From: a virus
Direction: 5' to 3' (one strand)
Virus record (IMG/VR): IMGVR_UViG_3300025319_000035
DNA: 47,574 nucleotides
Under the pieces are notes generated by a model. The model did not search any database. It had not been told where the DNA came from and saw only the letters and a list, made by a program, of their open reading frames with translations. Every line of letters begins with the position of its first letter. Position 1 is the stretch's first letter. Positions 28,491-37,351 of the stretch are shown here, piece after piece. The translations under genes and the position numbers were made by a program.

Positions 28491-28779
28491 TATTATCGGC
28501 ATTATAATTTTCATTGGATTAGCTGTAATCCCAACATCTATAATTTTATTAACTGGCCTTATCAGTGTTACAGAGATTGCAGCATGGATTGGCTTAGCAA
28601 CAATTGTAACATTATTGAGTGTAGGAATGTGGAGAATTGCAGTAGAAGGAACGTCACAAATCTATTGTAAAGATTGCTGTAATCCTGATCATTGGTCAGT
28701 TGAAGATAGGGTAAAACTTACATCCGAACAATATGAAACCATGAAAAAAAATGTAGAGAGAGGAAAGATACTAGAATGA
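28480..28779 (+). CDS. 2-TM protein
   Basis: TTG after GGAGG; CKDCC..H. Confidence 0.55.
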   Translation: MNPDIIGIIIFIGLAVIPTSIILLTGLISVTEIAAWIGLATIVTLLSVGMWRIAVEGTSQIYCKDCCNPDHWSVEDRVKLTSEQYETMKKNVERGKILE

Positions 28780-28885
28780 TTGAATTGTATTTAATAGTAG
28801 TTGGCGGTCTGTATCTTCTAGCATTTTCAATAATGGGATTTTCCTCAAAAAGCAGACCGAGTGCATTACCAGAGAGGTATAGAAA

Positions 28886-29083
28886 ATGATCTTTTTTGTT
28901 ATGGGAATTGGTCATCTGTCAGATGCAGAATGTAATGAAGTTCTGGTAGATGTTTCAAGACGAGCAGTAAACATGAAAAAAGCACTGGCCTATTTACAAG
29001 TTGAAGTCAATCATCTTGAAATGATCAAGTTCCAGGTTTCACAACGGAAGGCACAACTGGCTGAAAAAGGAAAAAAAAGATGA
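28886..29083 (+). CDS. Small coiled-coil protein
   Basis: Heptads. Confidence 0.45.
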   Translation: MIFFVMGIGHLSDAECNEVLVDVSRRAVNMKKALAYLQVEVNHLEMIKFQVSQRKAQLAEKGKKR

Positions 29084-29203
29084 TGGATAAGACAGATTTA
29101 ATCTTCATTGAGAATGTATTGAAACAATACAAACCAATTTTTCAGGACGAGTTTAATGCAAAACAAAGAGTAATGGGCAAACTTGATGAGGAGATAAAGA
29201 AGT

Positions 29204-29482
29204 TTGAGTGATGAAACTGAATCTGAAGATTCACTTATACTAGGTTATTTAATTCAGGAAGAAGACATAGAACCTATTGATTTTCTATGTGTTAAATGTA
29301 ATCATTCATTTGAAAAACATTCAGAAGGTATCTGTAACACTGGCGTTTTCAGAAAGTGTGAATGTAAACATTTCGTTTTAAATCAAAATCAATTAAAGCA
29401 AGCAAAATATGAATTACAGACAATTGAAGACATCTTACTACAGAATTATGAGCAGGCAAAGAAATTGGAGAGCAGGCATTGA
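29204..29482 (+). CDS. Protein with CxxCxH...H...C..CxC Zn knuckle
   Basis: CVKCNHSFEKH...C...CECKHF. Confidence 0.6.
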   Translation: MSDETESEDSLILGYLIQEEDIEPIDFLCVKCNHSFEKHSEGICNTGVFRKCECKHFVLNQNQLKQAKYELQTIEDILLQNYEQAKKLESRH

Positions 29483-29642
29483 AAGTTAAAAGCCATTGTC
29501 GGTCTGGGCATGTAATGAAACGAGATGGCGATAGCTGGAAATGCACTGGAAAAATTAATGGGAAAAAGAAAGGCGAAAAAATTAATTGTCCAAACAGAAA
29601 GGCTTGGAGTCGCGTTGAACCACGACTAATGGGGGGTATATA

Positions 29643-30440
29643 ATGCCTTTAATTGAAAAGGAACTAAATGTATTTGAGGCATATACAAGAGATGTTGGAC
29701 GTAATATAGCAAGAATAGATTACGATACAATGGACGCATTACATCTCAATACAGGTACAACAATTTTGATAAAAAGTAAAAAAGGTAAAGAAGCAGTAGG
29801 AAAAGCTCTACCGCTTTATCCAGCAGACGAGAGTAAAAAAATAATTAGAATTGATGGAATAATGCGAAAGAACTTAGATGTAATTGTAAAAGAACCTGTA
29901 ATAATTCAAAAAACCGAAACCAAACATGCCGAACAGATAACTGTAAGACCATTAGAAGTAACCCCCCCAATTGAGGAAAGGTACATCGCTGAGTGTCTTG
30001 AAGGCTCACCAGTAATTAAAAACTCAGCATTTTATATTCCCTATTTTGGTAACAGGATAACATTTGTAGTAGAAGACACAAAACCCGATGGTGCTGTTTT
30101 AGTCACTCCGTTAACGACCAAAGTGATTATCAATGCTGAATCTGTACCAAAAAAATTACTGGAAATACAAAAGAAGATAATAGAAAAACAGAATTCCCTA
30201 CTGGATAAATTAAAAGGCGAGGTCGAAAACAGTCAGAATCTTTCGGATATTTTACAAGTCTTTAATACAATTCAATCTGAACTTACTCAATACACCTACT
30301 TGTATGAAACAATAAAACTCATGTATTATGATTCAAATCTAAAGCCTCCAACATCAATTAGCAAGACTCTCAAAGAGGCAATATCACAGTGGCAAAAAAC
30401 AAACGAGGAAAAAAAGAAAGGAGAAAAAAAGAATGATTGA
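29643..30440 (+). CDS. CDC48/VAT N-domain (double-psi barrel plus beta-clam) fused to a helical C-terminal region, no AAA domain
   Basis: EAYTRDVGRNIARIDYDTMD...LPLYPADESKKIIRIDGIMR...PLEVTPPIEERY...PYFGNRITF matches archaeal (recalled thaumarchaeal) CDC48 N-termini. No Walker A/B. Confidence 0.85.
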   Translation: MPLIEKELNVFEAYTRDVGRNIARIDYDTMDALHLNTGTTILIKSKKGKEAVGKALPLYPADESKKIIRIDGIMRKNLDVIVKEPVIIQKTETKHAEQITVRPLEVTPPIEERYIAECLEGSPVIKNSAFYIPYFGNRITFVVEDTKPDGAVLVTPLTTKVIINAESVPKKLLEIQKKIIEKQNSLLDKLKGEVENSQNLSDILQVFNTIQSELTQYTYLYETIKLMYYDSNLKPPTSISKTLKEAISQWQKTNEEKKKGEKKND

Positions 30441-31083
30441 CTTTATTTTAAACAGATTAAGAAAAATAAAGGAAACAAAAAAGTTTGCAATCCAGCATAA
30501 TGTCCATAACTGGTACAATCTTTTGTTGCATGGTGTGATACTAATGCTATTTGGTGGACTGTTAATTTCTCTTGGTTCAATAATACTACTGGATGATTTG
30601 GAGTCAAATTCAAATCTCAAAGGAACTGTGTTAATGAATTTATTATGGGGATCTGCTACAGGCTTTCCATTTCTTTTTGCCTTTATTCTTGCACTAATCT
30701 TTCTACCAAAAATAATAATGTTGGAGGTTCTATTATTTGAAAGAATTAACCGATATATGTTTGACCAATGGCAAAAATTGGACATGTGGTACTTTAGAAA
30801 ATATCGTAAACATTCTCCATTGACAGATGGTTACTCTAAGATAGTATCCAAGGCATCAAAATATGGTTCAAAATTAACCAGAAAACAAAAAAAGATAATT
30901 GCAATAGGTCTTGCAATATTACTAGTTGGCGTACAACTAGTATGGCGATTACCAGCAATAATTGAAGACATTACTGTAATACAAGAAACTACAGAGATTG
31001 AAAAGAACGATGAATCAAAAGTGATTAATCCAATTGAAGAAGAAAGAGAGTTAGAAATCATAATACAGGAAGGCGAAAAGTAA
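30433..31083 (+). CDS. Membrane protein (3 TM)
   Basis: Three hydrophobic segments. Confidence 0.65.
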   Translation: MIDFILNRLRKIKETKKFAIQHNVHNWYNLLLHGVILMLFGGLLISLGSIILLDDLESNSNLKGTVLMNLLWGSATGFPFLFAFILALIFLPKIIMLEVLLFERINRYMFDQWQKLDMWYFRKYRKHSPLTDGYSKIVSKASKYGSKLTRKQKKIIAIGLAILLVGVQLVWRLPAIIEDITVIQETTEIEKNDESKVINPIEEERELEIIIQEGEK

Positions 31084-31335
31084 ATGGCCTGTAGGGGAAT
31101 TCATGATAGATACAAGGCAAAAAGACAAGGACCAAACTCAAACAGAGAATGTTCATACGGAATTTACAGGGCAGGTATGAAACGATGCAAGCCATGTGAA
31201 GTTTATTATGACTTGAAAGATTTGGCGAGGCAGAATCTCAGTCTTACAAGATGTGTTTGTTGCCGAAGACCTCTAAAATCCAGGCCAAACAATCGCAGGT
31301 TTAGAGATAAGATGGAGGTAAAGGTAGTGGCATGA
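31084..31335 (+). CDS. Basic Zn-finger protein of a family seen in Nitrososphaerota
   Basis: MxCxGxxxRYKA...Y..GxKRCxxCEV...CxCCxxxLxxRP pattern (recalled; needs search). Confidence 0.6.
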   Translation: MACRGIHDRYKAKRQGPNSNRECSYGIYRAGMKRCKPCEVYYDLKDLARQNLSLTRCVCCRRPLKSRPNNRRFRDKMEVKVVA

Positions 31336-31432
31336 TGAAAGATCCAGAGCAAGTTTGTCATGTTTCAAAAAGTAAAAAACACAAATTCATTATAGTTTGT
31401 GTAAATTGCTCGTATACAAGGGAGTTTAAAAA

Positions 31433-31660
31433 ATGAGATGTAAAGGTCTAGGCTGTAAAAATTGTAGAAAAAACAAGCTAGACAAAGCAAAGTGTTGGAA
31501 AGATTGGGGATTATGTGGGCAGTGTGCAGTTAGATTACATCCCGATCAATATAACAACAAGATCGTACAGTCCTATAAAAAACGACATGAGTATAACAAA
31601 ATAACTTTTAAAGGGATGCAATTTTCAAAGATGGAGGAAATTAACCTTGGGCTTATTTAA
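31433..31660 (+). CDS. Cys-rich basic protein
   Basis: CKNC...W...LCGQCA..HPDQY. Confidence 0.6.
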   Translation: MRCKGLGCKNCRKNKLDKAKCWKDWGLCGQCAVRLHPDQYNNKIVQSYKKRHEYNKITFKGMQFSKMEEINLGLI

Positions 31661-32957
31661 AAAGAAAAAGAAAAACACAGAAGTATTTCTTCCTAAAGAC
31701 TGGCCAAAAAATAAAGAACCATCACTCTTAATTCAATTAGAAGATATTCCTTACGAAGCTGTAAATATGATCTATAGTAAAAAAATGTCAGAGTATGAAA
31801 ATGCAAGAAAGGATTCCATCGATAACGGTAAAGCAGATATGTTACAAAAAGAACTCCTAATAATTTCACGTCATTTACAAAATTCATCTGCTAGTGCTAG
31901 CATTTATTCATCAGTTGATGCTGAAACTGAAAGCATCTACAAGTATTTCATGGATTTAGTAGGAATACCAAGAAGTGATTTACTCAATGCTGATATTGAA
32001 AACCTAAAACGAATGAAGAAGGCACATGAAGAATTAAAAATAGCATTTGCTGATTTAACTAAAGTCGATGAACCTGAAACCATAAACCTCAATATAAAAA
32101 TCGACATACCTGATACAAAAATTGATGAACCTGAACCAAAAAAGAAGCAAGAGGACGACCTAAAATACTATCATGAAGAAGAAAACAAAAAGCATTGGCA
32201 AGGATTTAAAAAATTAATACATCCCGATAACGAGAAACATGATATAGATTTAGAGCAAGTTAAACAATTAAAATCAATGACAAAAAATGACGATATAAAA
32301 CAAAGACTCGAAGACCTAGAAAAAGAAAAACAAGCCTTCTTAAAGGCAACAGCAGAACCAACCCAGCCACCCAAGACATCATTTTTCAAGAAAAGAAAGC
32401 TAGTAAACAGTGACAGCCCATTACCAGATAAGAAATTAAGAAAGCAAGAAAAAGCGATTCAAAAAGAGTACCTATGTTTAGATTGTTCCCACAACATAAA
32501 AGATCATACCAATGGATGTAAATGTGGTTGCATGACTACTATTGATGAAATAAAAGAACAGCATAATATAATAAAAACTAAAATGAATTTAGACGTAATT
32601 GAGCCTGATTTACCAATTGATGAATCAGATGGGCTACATAACAAATTAACAGATGAAGAAGAAGTTGACATTGAAAAATTAATGAAACAGGTAAAACAAA
32701 CTGAATCAATGATTAAACAAAGTCCAACATCTCAATCACAGCCAGTATTACAACCATTACAACCACCTTCCCCAACATCACAATCACCAGGATTCGGACC
32801 AGCTTTACAACCTCCAAAACAACAAATTATAGCACCACAGGTAAAAGAAACACAATGCACTTGTGATCATTATCGTTCAGAACATTATGAGGGAAAGTTT
32901 TGTTTACAATGTAATTGTAGTAAATTTACACCATATCCCAATGAACAAAAGAAATAA
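31647..32957 (+). CDS. Large charged/low-complexity protein with two Zn knuckles and a P/Q-rich tract
   Basis: CLDCSH...H..CKCGC; SPTSQS..LQP twice; CTCDH...H...CLQCNCSKF. Confidence 0.75.
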   Translation: MGLFKKKKKNTEVFLPKDWPKNKEPSLLIQLEDIPYEAVNMIYSKKMSEYENARKDSIDNGKADMLQKELLIISRHLQNSSASASIYSSVDAETESIYKYFMDLVGIPRSDLLNADIENLKRMKKAHEELKIAFADLTKVDEPETINLNIKIDIPDTKIDEPEPKKKQEDDLKYYHEEENKKHWQGFKKLIHPDNEKHDIDLEQVKQLKSMTKNDDIKQRLEDLEKEKQAFLKATAEPTQPPKTSFFKKRKLVNSDSPLPDKKLRKQEKAIQKEYLCLDCSHNIKDHTNGCKCGCMTTIDEIKEQHNIIKTKMNLDVIEPDLPIDESDGLHNKLTDEEEVDIEKLMKQVKQTESMIKQSPTSQSQPVLQPLQPPSPTSQSPGFGPALQPPKQQIIAPQVKETQCTCDHYRSEHYEGKFCLQCNCSKFTPYPNEQKK

Positions 32958-33192
32958 AGAATTAATAATTTTAATCCCACTGGCTGCAATTGTAGCAGTA
33001 ACAATCACTATGATGGTACTAGATGATTCTGATCAAGCAAAACCTGAAACTTTTTCAGGTGTCATGGTTGAATATAAAGGAGAATGGATAGGTGGAAACT
33101 TGTTAGATGATGGAAGAATTATTCTATTACAAAATGGAACGGAGATGAATTATGAAGACTTTAAAAGAATTACAGGATTACGAAATCCATGA
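32941..33192 (+). CDS. Single-TM protein
   Basis: Likely start MNKRNKELIILIPLAAIVAV. Confidence 0.55.
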   Translation: MNKRNKELIILIPLAAIVAVTITMMVLDDSDQAKPETFSGVMVEYKGEWIGGNLLDDGRIILLQNGTEMNYEDFKRITGLRNP

Positions 33193-33371
33193 ATGATTAT
33201 AAAATCACAGCAATAATCTACACAAGTATTGTAATAATCATACCAGTAATTTTAACACTAACTCTTGGATATTATCAATCACATCTCTATATTTTAATAG
33301 CACTAATCTTTCCTATACTTTGGTACAAGTACAGAAAAACCGTATTCAGTAATTTACATGAAAATAATTGA
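33189..33371 (+). CDS. Small 2-TM protein
   Basis: Hydrophobic hairpin; ATGA coupling. Confidence 0.55.
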   Translation: MNDYKITAIIYTSIVIIIPVILTLTLGYYQSHLYILIALIFPILWYKYRKTVFSNLHENN

Positions 33372-33559
33372 CACCAGTTACAATAAAGTTCTTAGAAGAA
33401 GTAATAAAGCCAAAGTTATCTGAGAATGAATACAGGGAAGTCTTAAAAATGTACTACAAGAATGTTTCAAACAAACTAAAGAAGACAAATCATATTGATA
33501 GGCGTACTGGAATCGGGATGACCACATGTGGAAAAAACTGCTGGCATAATGAAAAATGA
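33368..33559 (+). CDS. Hypothetical protein
   Basis: TTGA/ATGA couplings. Confidence 0.5.
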   Translation: MTPVTIKFLEEVIKPKLSENEYREVLKMYYKNVSNKLKKTNHIDRRTGIGMTTCGKNCWHNEK

Positions 33560-34167
33560 AGTCTTTACGAGAAATAGCCGAGTCATTGTCAATAGCAGTA
33601 ATTATGATCTGCGTCTTACTTCCCATAAGACTGTTTTTTGTAACTTACATTAACACACACTGGCTTGGGAGTCTTGGAGTAATCTCCATAGTTTCATTTG
33701 CCATCTTATTTCTAGCAAAAAAGAACAAACTAGGCTGGTTTGGCAGGGCATTTATCAGGCAGACCTTTAAGATAAACAAAGGAAAAAGGAAATATTTTGT
33801 TTATACAAATCTCGCTATAACGCTAATTTACTTTGGCTCAATAATTTATGGAGTTGAATTATCTAACGAACAATTTCTAATGGAAAAAATTGAGGTAAAG
33901 GAAAAACTTGGTACAGAGTCAATTGAAGAAATAATGACAAGCGATAAGGTGGATGTAAGAGATGTTCCAAAAGCACTTTTAATGCTAGTTTACATTTTCT
34001 TCTTTCGGTTTGATATTTACGCAGTTTTGATAGGAACAATAAACGATATGACTCAAGGCTATCTACTTCATTTTTCAATTGTATTTACTGTCGAGGTCTT
34101 GGAATTGCTTGGCATACTGATCTTTTCAAGGTTCTATCTTAAAAAAGAGGACATTTCTTTTAAATAA
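33556..34167 (+). CDS. Multi-pass membrane protein, paralog of 3312-3950
   Basis: See 3312-3950. Confidence 0.8.
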   Translation: MKSLREIAESLSIAVIMICVLLPIRLFFVTYINTHWLGSLGVISIVSFAILFLAKKNKLGWFGRAFIRQTFKINKGKRKYFVYTNLAITLIYFGSIIYGVELSNEQFLMEKIEVKEKLGTESIEEIMTSDKVDVRDVPKALLMLVYIFFFRFDIYAVLIGTINDMTQGYLLHFSIVFTVEVLELLGILIFSRFYLKKEDISFK

Positions 34168-34173
34168 GTCAAC
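34155..34173 (+). promoter_or_regulatory. Putative late promoter, copy 1
   Basis: TTCTTTTAAATAAGTCAAC (archaeal TATA box TTTAAATA). Confidence 0.7.
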
Positions 34174-34186
34174 AGTTTATTGACAT

Positions 34187-34250
34187 CTAGCGTTCAACCT
34201 CATTTACGCTTGTCAGTCTTGGTCATGTAGATCGAGGCTGGCAATTCTTT
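34187..34250 (+). ncRNA. Candidate ~60-nt small structured RNA
   Basis: Begins 29 nt after TATA copy 1 with no start codon; CCTC-ATTTAC/GTAGAT-C-GAGG stem; ends in TTCTTTTT. Confidence 0.3.
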
Positions 34251-34263
34251 TTAATAAGTCCAC
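34245..34263 (+). promoter_or_regulatory. Putative late promoter, copy 2
   Basis: TTCTTTTTAATAAGTCCAC; leaderless GTG 29 nt downstream of the box start. Confidence 0.7.
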
Positions 34264-34277
34264 TTTTCATACTAATC

Positions 34278-35360
34278 GTGGCAAGTTCATCACTGACAAA
34301 CGTACTGATCATAGGAACAGTAATCTTTGCAATCGCGATGATCATTCCGATCTTCTTTGATGTTGACTTTCCCCAAAGAGGGGATACAATAACATTTGTA
34401 GACAAAGCGATTTGTACCATAATTCCAAACGGAGGGGGAAACTATACTTGTTTAACACCAGATGATACAGTATTTTTCAACGGAACTGGTTTAACTATTA
34501 CAGCTAATGATACAGAAAGAACAGTATTTTTTGCAGTTGATGCAAACGGTACAATAACAACGTGTTCAAATATTGGCCCTGGTTTTGGCATTTGTTCTGG
34601 GCCAGTTTTTTCAACATTAGAATTTAAAAGCCTAGTTGCAGGCACAGATATTAACATAACAAGTGATGCAAATTCATTAACAATTGATTTTGCTGGAACT
34701 ATATCTGCTGGTGAAAATACAACCGCAACCTCATTAGGTGGAGATACAGATGTTTTTGAAAGTCAGGTAGGTGATCAGCTAAGATTTAGAGGTTTAACTG
34801 CTGGTCAAAATATTATTCTAACTCAAAACGCAAATGATATAGTAATTAACTCAACTGATACAAGTGGAGTAAAATTTGCAATCCTAACAGCAGGTGGTGC
34901 AACACTTCAAACACCAGCTTCCTCAACTCCACAGCGAGATACCCAGGCTGGAACTAACTTCGATTATCTTGCATTAGAATATGATGCTACAACTTCCGAA
35001 GAAGTGGTTTGGCAGTATCAATTTCCAACTGATGCAGATGGCACACAAAATGTTAATGTTCTGATAAGATTCCTAACTCCTACTGGCTCAGCAGGTGGAG
35101 TTTGTTTCTCAGGCCAGTTTCTAGGTAGAGCAAACACAGAACCCTATGATGTTGCTATGGGTACAACTATCACTGGTTGTGATACAACCTTGGATACAGC
35201 AGGTGACATAAACGAAATAACACTTACATTTACTACTGGACAACATGGTTTAACTGCTGGCGATACAGTAGTTTTCAAACTTGCTAGGGATACAGCAAAC
35301 GGAAGCGACACTCATGCAGGTGACGCATGGTATATCGATTCAAGGGTGACTTGGAGTTAA
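34278..35360 (+). CDS. Putative virion fibre/adhesin
   Basis: N-terminal TM; two repeats LEFKSLVAGTDINITSDANSLTI / LRFRGLTAGQNIILTQNANDIVI; T/G/D-rich beta C-terminal domain; many NxT sequons. Confidence 0.6.
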   Translation: MASSSLTNVLIIGTVIFAIAMIIPIFFDVDFPQRGDTITFVDKAICTIIPNGGGNYTCLTPDDTVFFNGTGLTITANDTERTVFFAVDANGTITTCSNIGPGFGICSGPVFSTLEFKSLVAGTDINITSDANSLTIDFAGTISAGENTTATSLGGDTDVFESQVGDQLRFRGLTAGQNIILTQNANDIVINSTDTSGVKFAILTAGGATLQTPASSTPQRDTQAGTNFDYLALEYDATTSEEVVWQYQFPTDADGTQNVNVLIRFLTPTGSAGGVCFSGQFLGRANTEPYDVAMGTTITGCDTTLDTAGDINEITLTFTTGQHGLTAGDTVVFKLARDTANGSDTHAGDAWYIDSRVTWS

Positions 35361-37351
35361 AAAAACAATTATTTCTAATTCCAATTGTATTTGCATTAAC
35401 TTTTTTTGTTAATCAAAACGTATATGGTGATCTCTTTGCAAGACCTGACTCAGATCCATCTACAAGGTGGGTAAACGGAATTGGCCCACTACCATGTTCT
35501 GACTTGCTAACATTCAACTGTGTTGATGAAGTTATAAGAAATGACGCAGATTATATTCAAACTACAGGACTAGGTAACGCTGGATCAGACTCACAGTTCT
35601 ATACGTTATCAAACATCGCAGATCCATTACAGTCAACAGGACACATCTTACGTTATACATTAAGAGAGGGAAATGAGGGAACTAATCCAGTTGGATTTAC
35701 AATTACCTTAAGACAGGGTGTAACAGTAATTGCAACTTTTACTCATGCACAGGGATCACTTCCAACTTCATTTACATTATTTCAACAAACATTAACTGCT
35801 GCACAGGCAAATTCAATTACAAACTACAATAATCTTGAGCTAACCCTAGTAGGCAGTTGTATTACTGGCTGTGGAAACAGCCCATCCCAGAGGGAAAGAG
35901 TAGCAGTTTCATGGGTAGAGTTTGCTGTAATTACAGGAGTTTCACCACCAACACTTAACGCTGTAAATGTCCTTAGCCCAACCTCCTTAAGATTAGTCTG
36001 GACACAACCACTAGATACCACGTCAGTTCTAAGTTATAACATTGAAAGAGATAACGGACTTGGTTTTACAGTAGTTGGTAACGTTCCAGTTGGAACGGTA
36101 TCATTTGATGACATTAATTTAATTCCAGATTCACTTTACAAGTATAGGCTAGTATCAGTTGGATCGTCAGGAAACAGTATACCATCAAACGAAATATCAC
36201 AAACTACAACTGTAATAATACTACCATCAAAGTTTGCAAGACCTGACTCAGATCCAAGTCTAAGATGGGTAAACGGAATAGGTACACCACCATGTTCAGA
36301 TTTACTTACATTCAATTGTGTTGATGAATTAGTAAGAGATGATAGAGATTATATCCAGTCAATCGGACTTGGAGATGCAGATCAGGACCAACAGTTCTAT
36401 ACAATGTCAGATGTTTCTGATCCATTCAAGTCAGATGGCCATATCTTACGTTATACATTAAGAGAGGCTGGTGAAGGAACTAACCAAGTTGGATTTACAA
36501 TTTCACTAAGACAGGGAGTTTCACCAATTGCAACTTTCACTCATGCTCAGGGATCACTTCCAACCGCATTTACATTATTTGAACAGGAATTAACCAACGC
36601 ACAGGCCGATTTAATTACTAACTACGGAGGTTTGGAGCTAACATTAACTGCAAGTTGCAGTGTAGGTTGCTCAAACAACCCATCATCAAGAGATAAGGTT
36701 CAGGTTTCATGGATAGAGTTTGAAATACTTTCATCAAGTCCACCAGTAATTCAAAACGTTGACACATTAAGCAGTACATCTTTAAGACTTGGTTGGGTAA
36801 ATGAAATTCAAAACCCCGATGATATTGCAGAAATTATTATCCAAAGAAATGTAGGACCAGATTTTATAACGGTAGCAACCTTGCCAAGTTTTACTGGTTC
36901 TTATGATGATACTGGATTAACCCCACAAACAATTTACAATTACAGGTTAAAAGCAAAGTTATCTGGTGGAGGATTCAGTAATCCCTCAGATATTTTTGCT
37001 GGATCAACTCCTGCAAATCCCACAACATTAACTATTCAGGGTGCTATAATTGAACCAACACCGACAAACAGTTTTTCCGAGGGAGATTCCCAGATTATTG
37101 CACAAACTATCGAGTTGTTTAATGTAAATTCACCCAGCATGGATACAATAATCAATGACATAAATGTAAACCGACTGAACGCATATCAAATTATCACAAA
37201 AATGAATGACGGTTCTTATGACAATACCCAGAAAATGAAAAACGCTGGTGCATTTTATGGAACAATTTACTTAAACTCAAACAACATTTCTGTTTTCATA
37301 AACAACGTAGTTAATACAGTCTTATCAGCAGTAAACGGAGAAGAACCTTGA
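35351..37351 (+). CDS. Secreted/virion protein with two ~163-aa duplicated modules, each followed by a fibronectin type III domain
   Basis: TTG 35351 after GGGTGA; signal peptide; FN3 hallmarks (SPTSLRLVW...YNIER...F.D..L.PDSLYKYRL; LRLGW...YDDTGLTPQTIYNYRL). Confidence 0.75.
   Translation: MELKKQLFLIPIVFALTFFVNQNVYGDLFARPDSDPSTRWVNGIGPLPCSDLLTFNCVDEVIRNDADYIQTTGLGNAGSDSQFYTLSNIADPLQSTGHILRYTLREGNEGTNPVGFTITLRQGVTVIATFTHAQGSLPTSFTLFQQTLTAAQANSITNYNNLELTLVGSCITGCGNSPSQRERVAVSWVEFAVITGVSPPTLNAVNVLSPTSLRLVWTQPLDTTSVLSYNIERDNGLGFTVVGNVPVGTVSFDDINLIPDSLYKYRLVSVGSSGNSIPSNEISQTTTVIILPSKFARPDSDPSLRWVNGIGTPPCSDLLTFNCVDELVRDDRDYIQSIGLGDADQDQQFYTMSDVSDPFKSDGHILRYTLREAGEGTNQVGFTISLRQGVSPIATFTHAQGSLPTAFTLFEQELTNAQADLITNYGGLELTLTASCSVGCSNNPSSRDKVQVSWIEFEILSSSPPVIQNVDTLSSTSLRLGWVNEIQNPDDIAEIIIQRNVGPDFITVATLPSFTGSYDDTGLTPQTIYNYRLKAKLSGGGFSNPSDIFAGSTPANPTTLTIQGAIIEPTPTNSFSEGDSQIIAQTIELFNVNSPSMDTIINDINVNRLNAYQIITKMNDGSYDNTQKMKNAGAFYGTIYLNSNNISVFINNVVNTVLSAVNGEEP
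35435..36721 (+). repeat. Intragenic direct repeat (35435-35923 and 36233-36721, 489 bp each)
   Basis: FARPDSDPS.RWVNGIG..PCSDLLTFNCVDE...GHILRYTLRE...IATFTHAQGSLPT.FTLF...VSW.EF is duplicated. Confidence 0.9.

Noticed and set aside
32720-32830. ESCRT late-domain (PTAP/PPxY) mimic in the P/Q tract
   Set aside because: No exact motif is present; only generic proline-rich low complexity.
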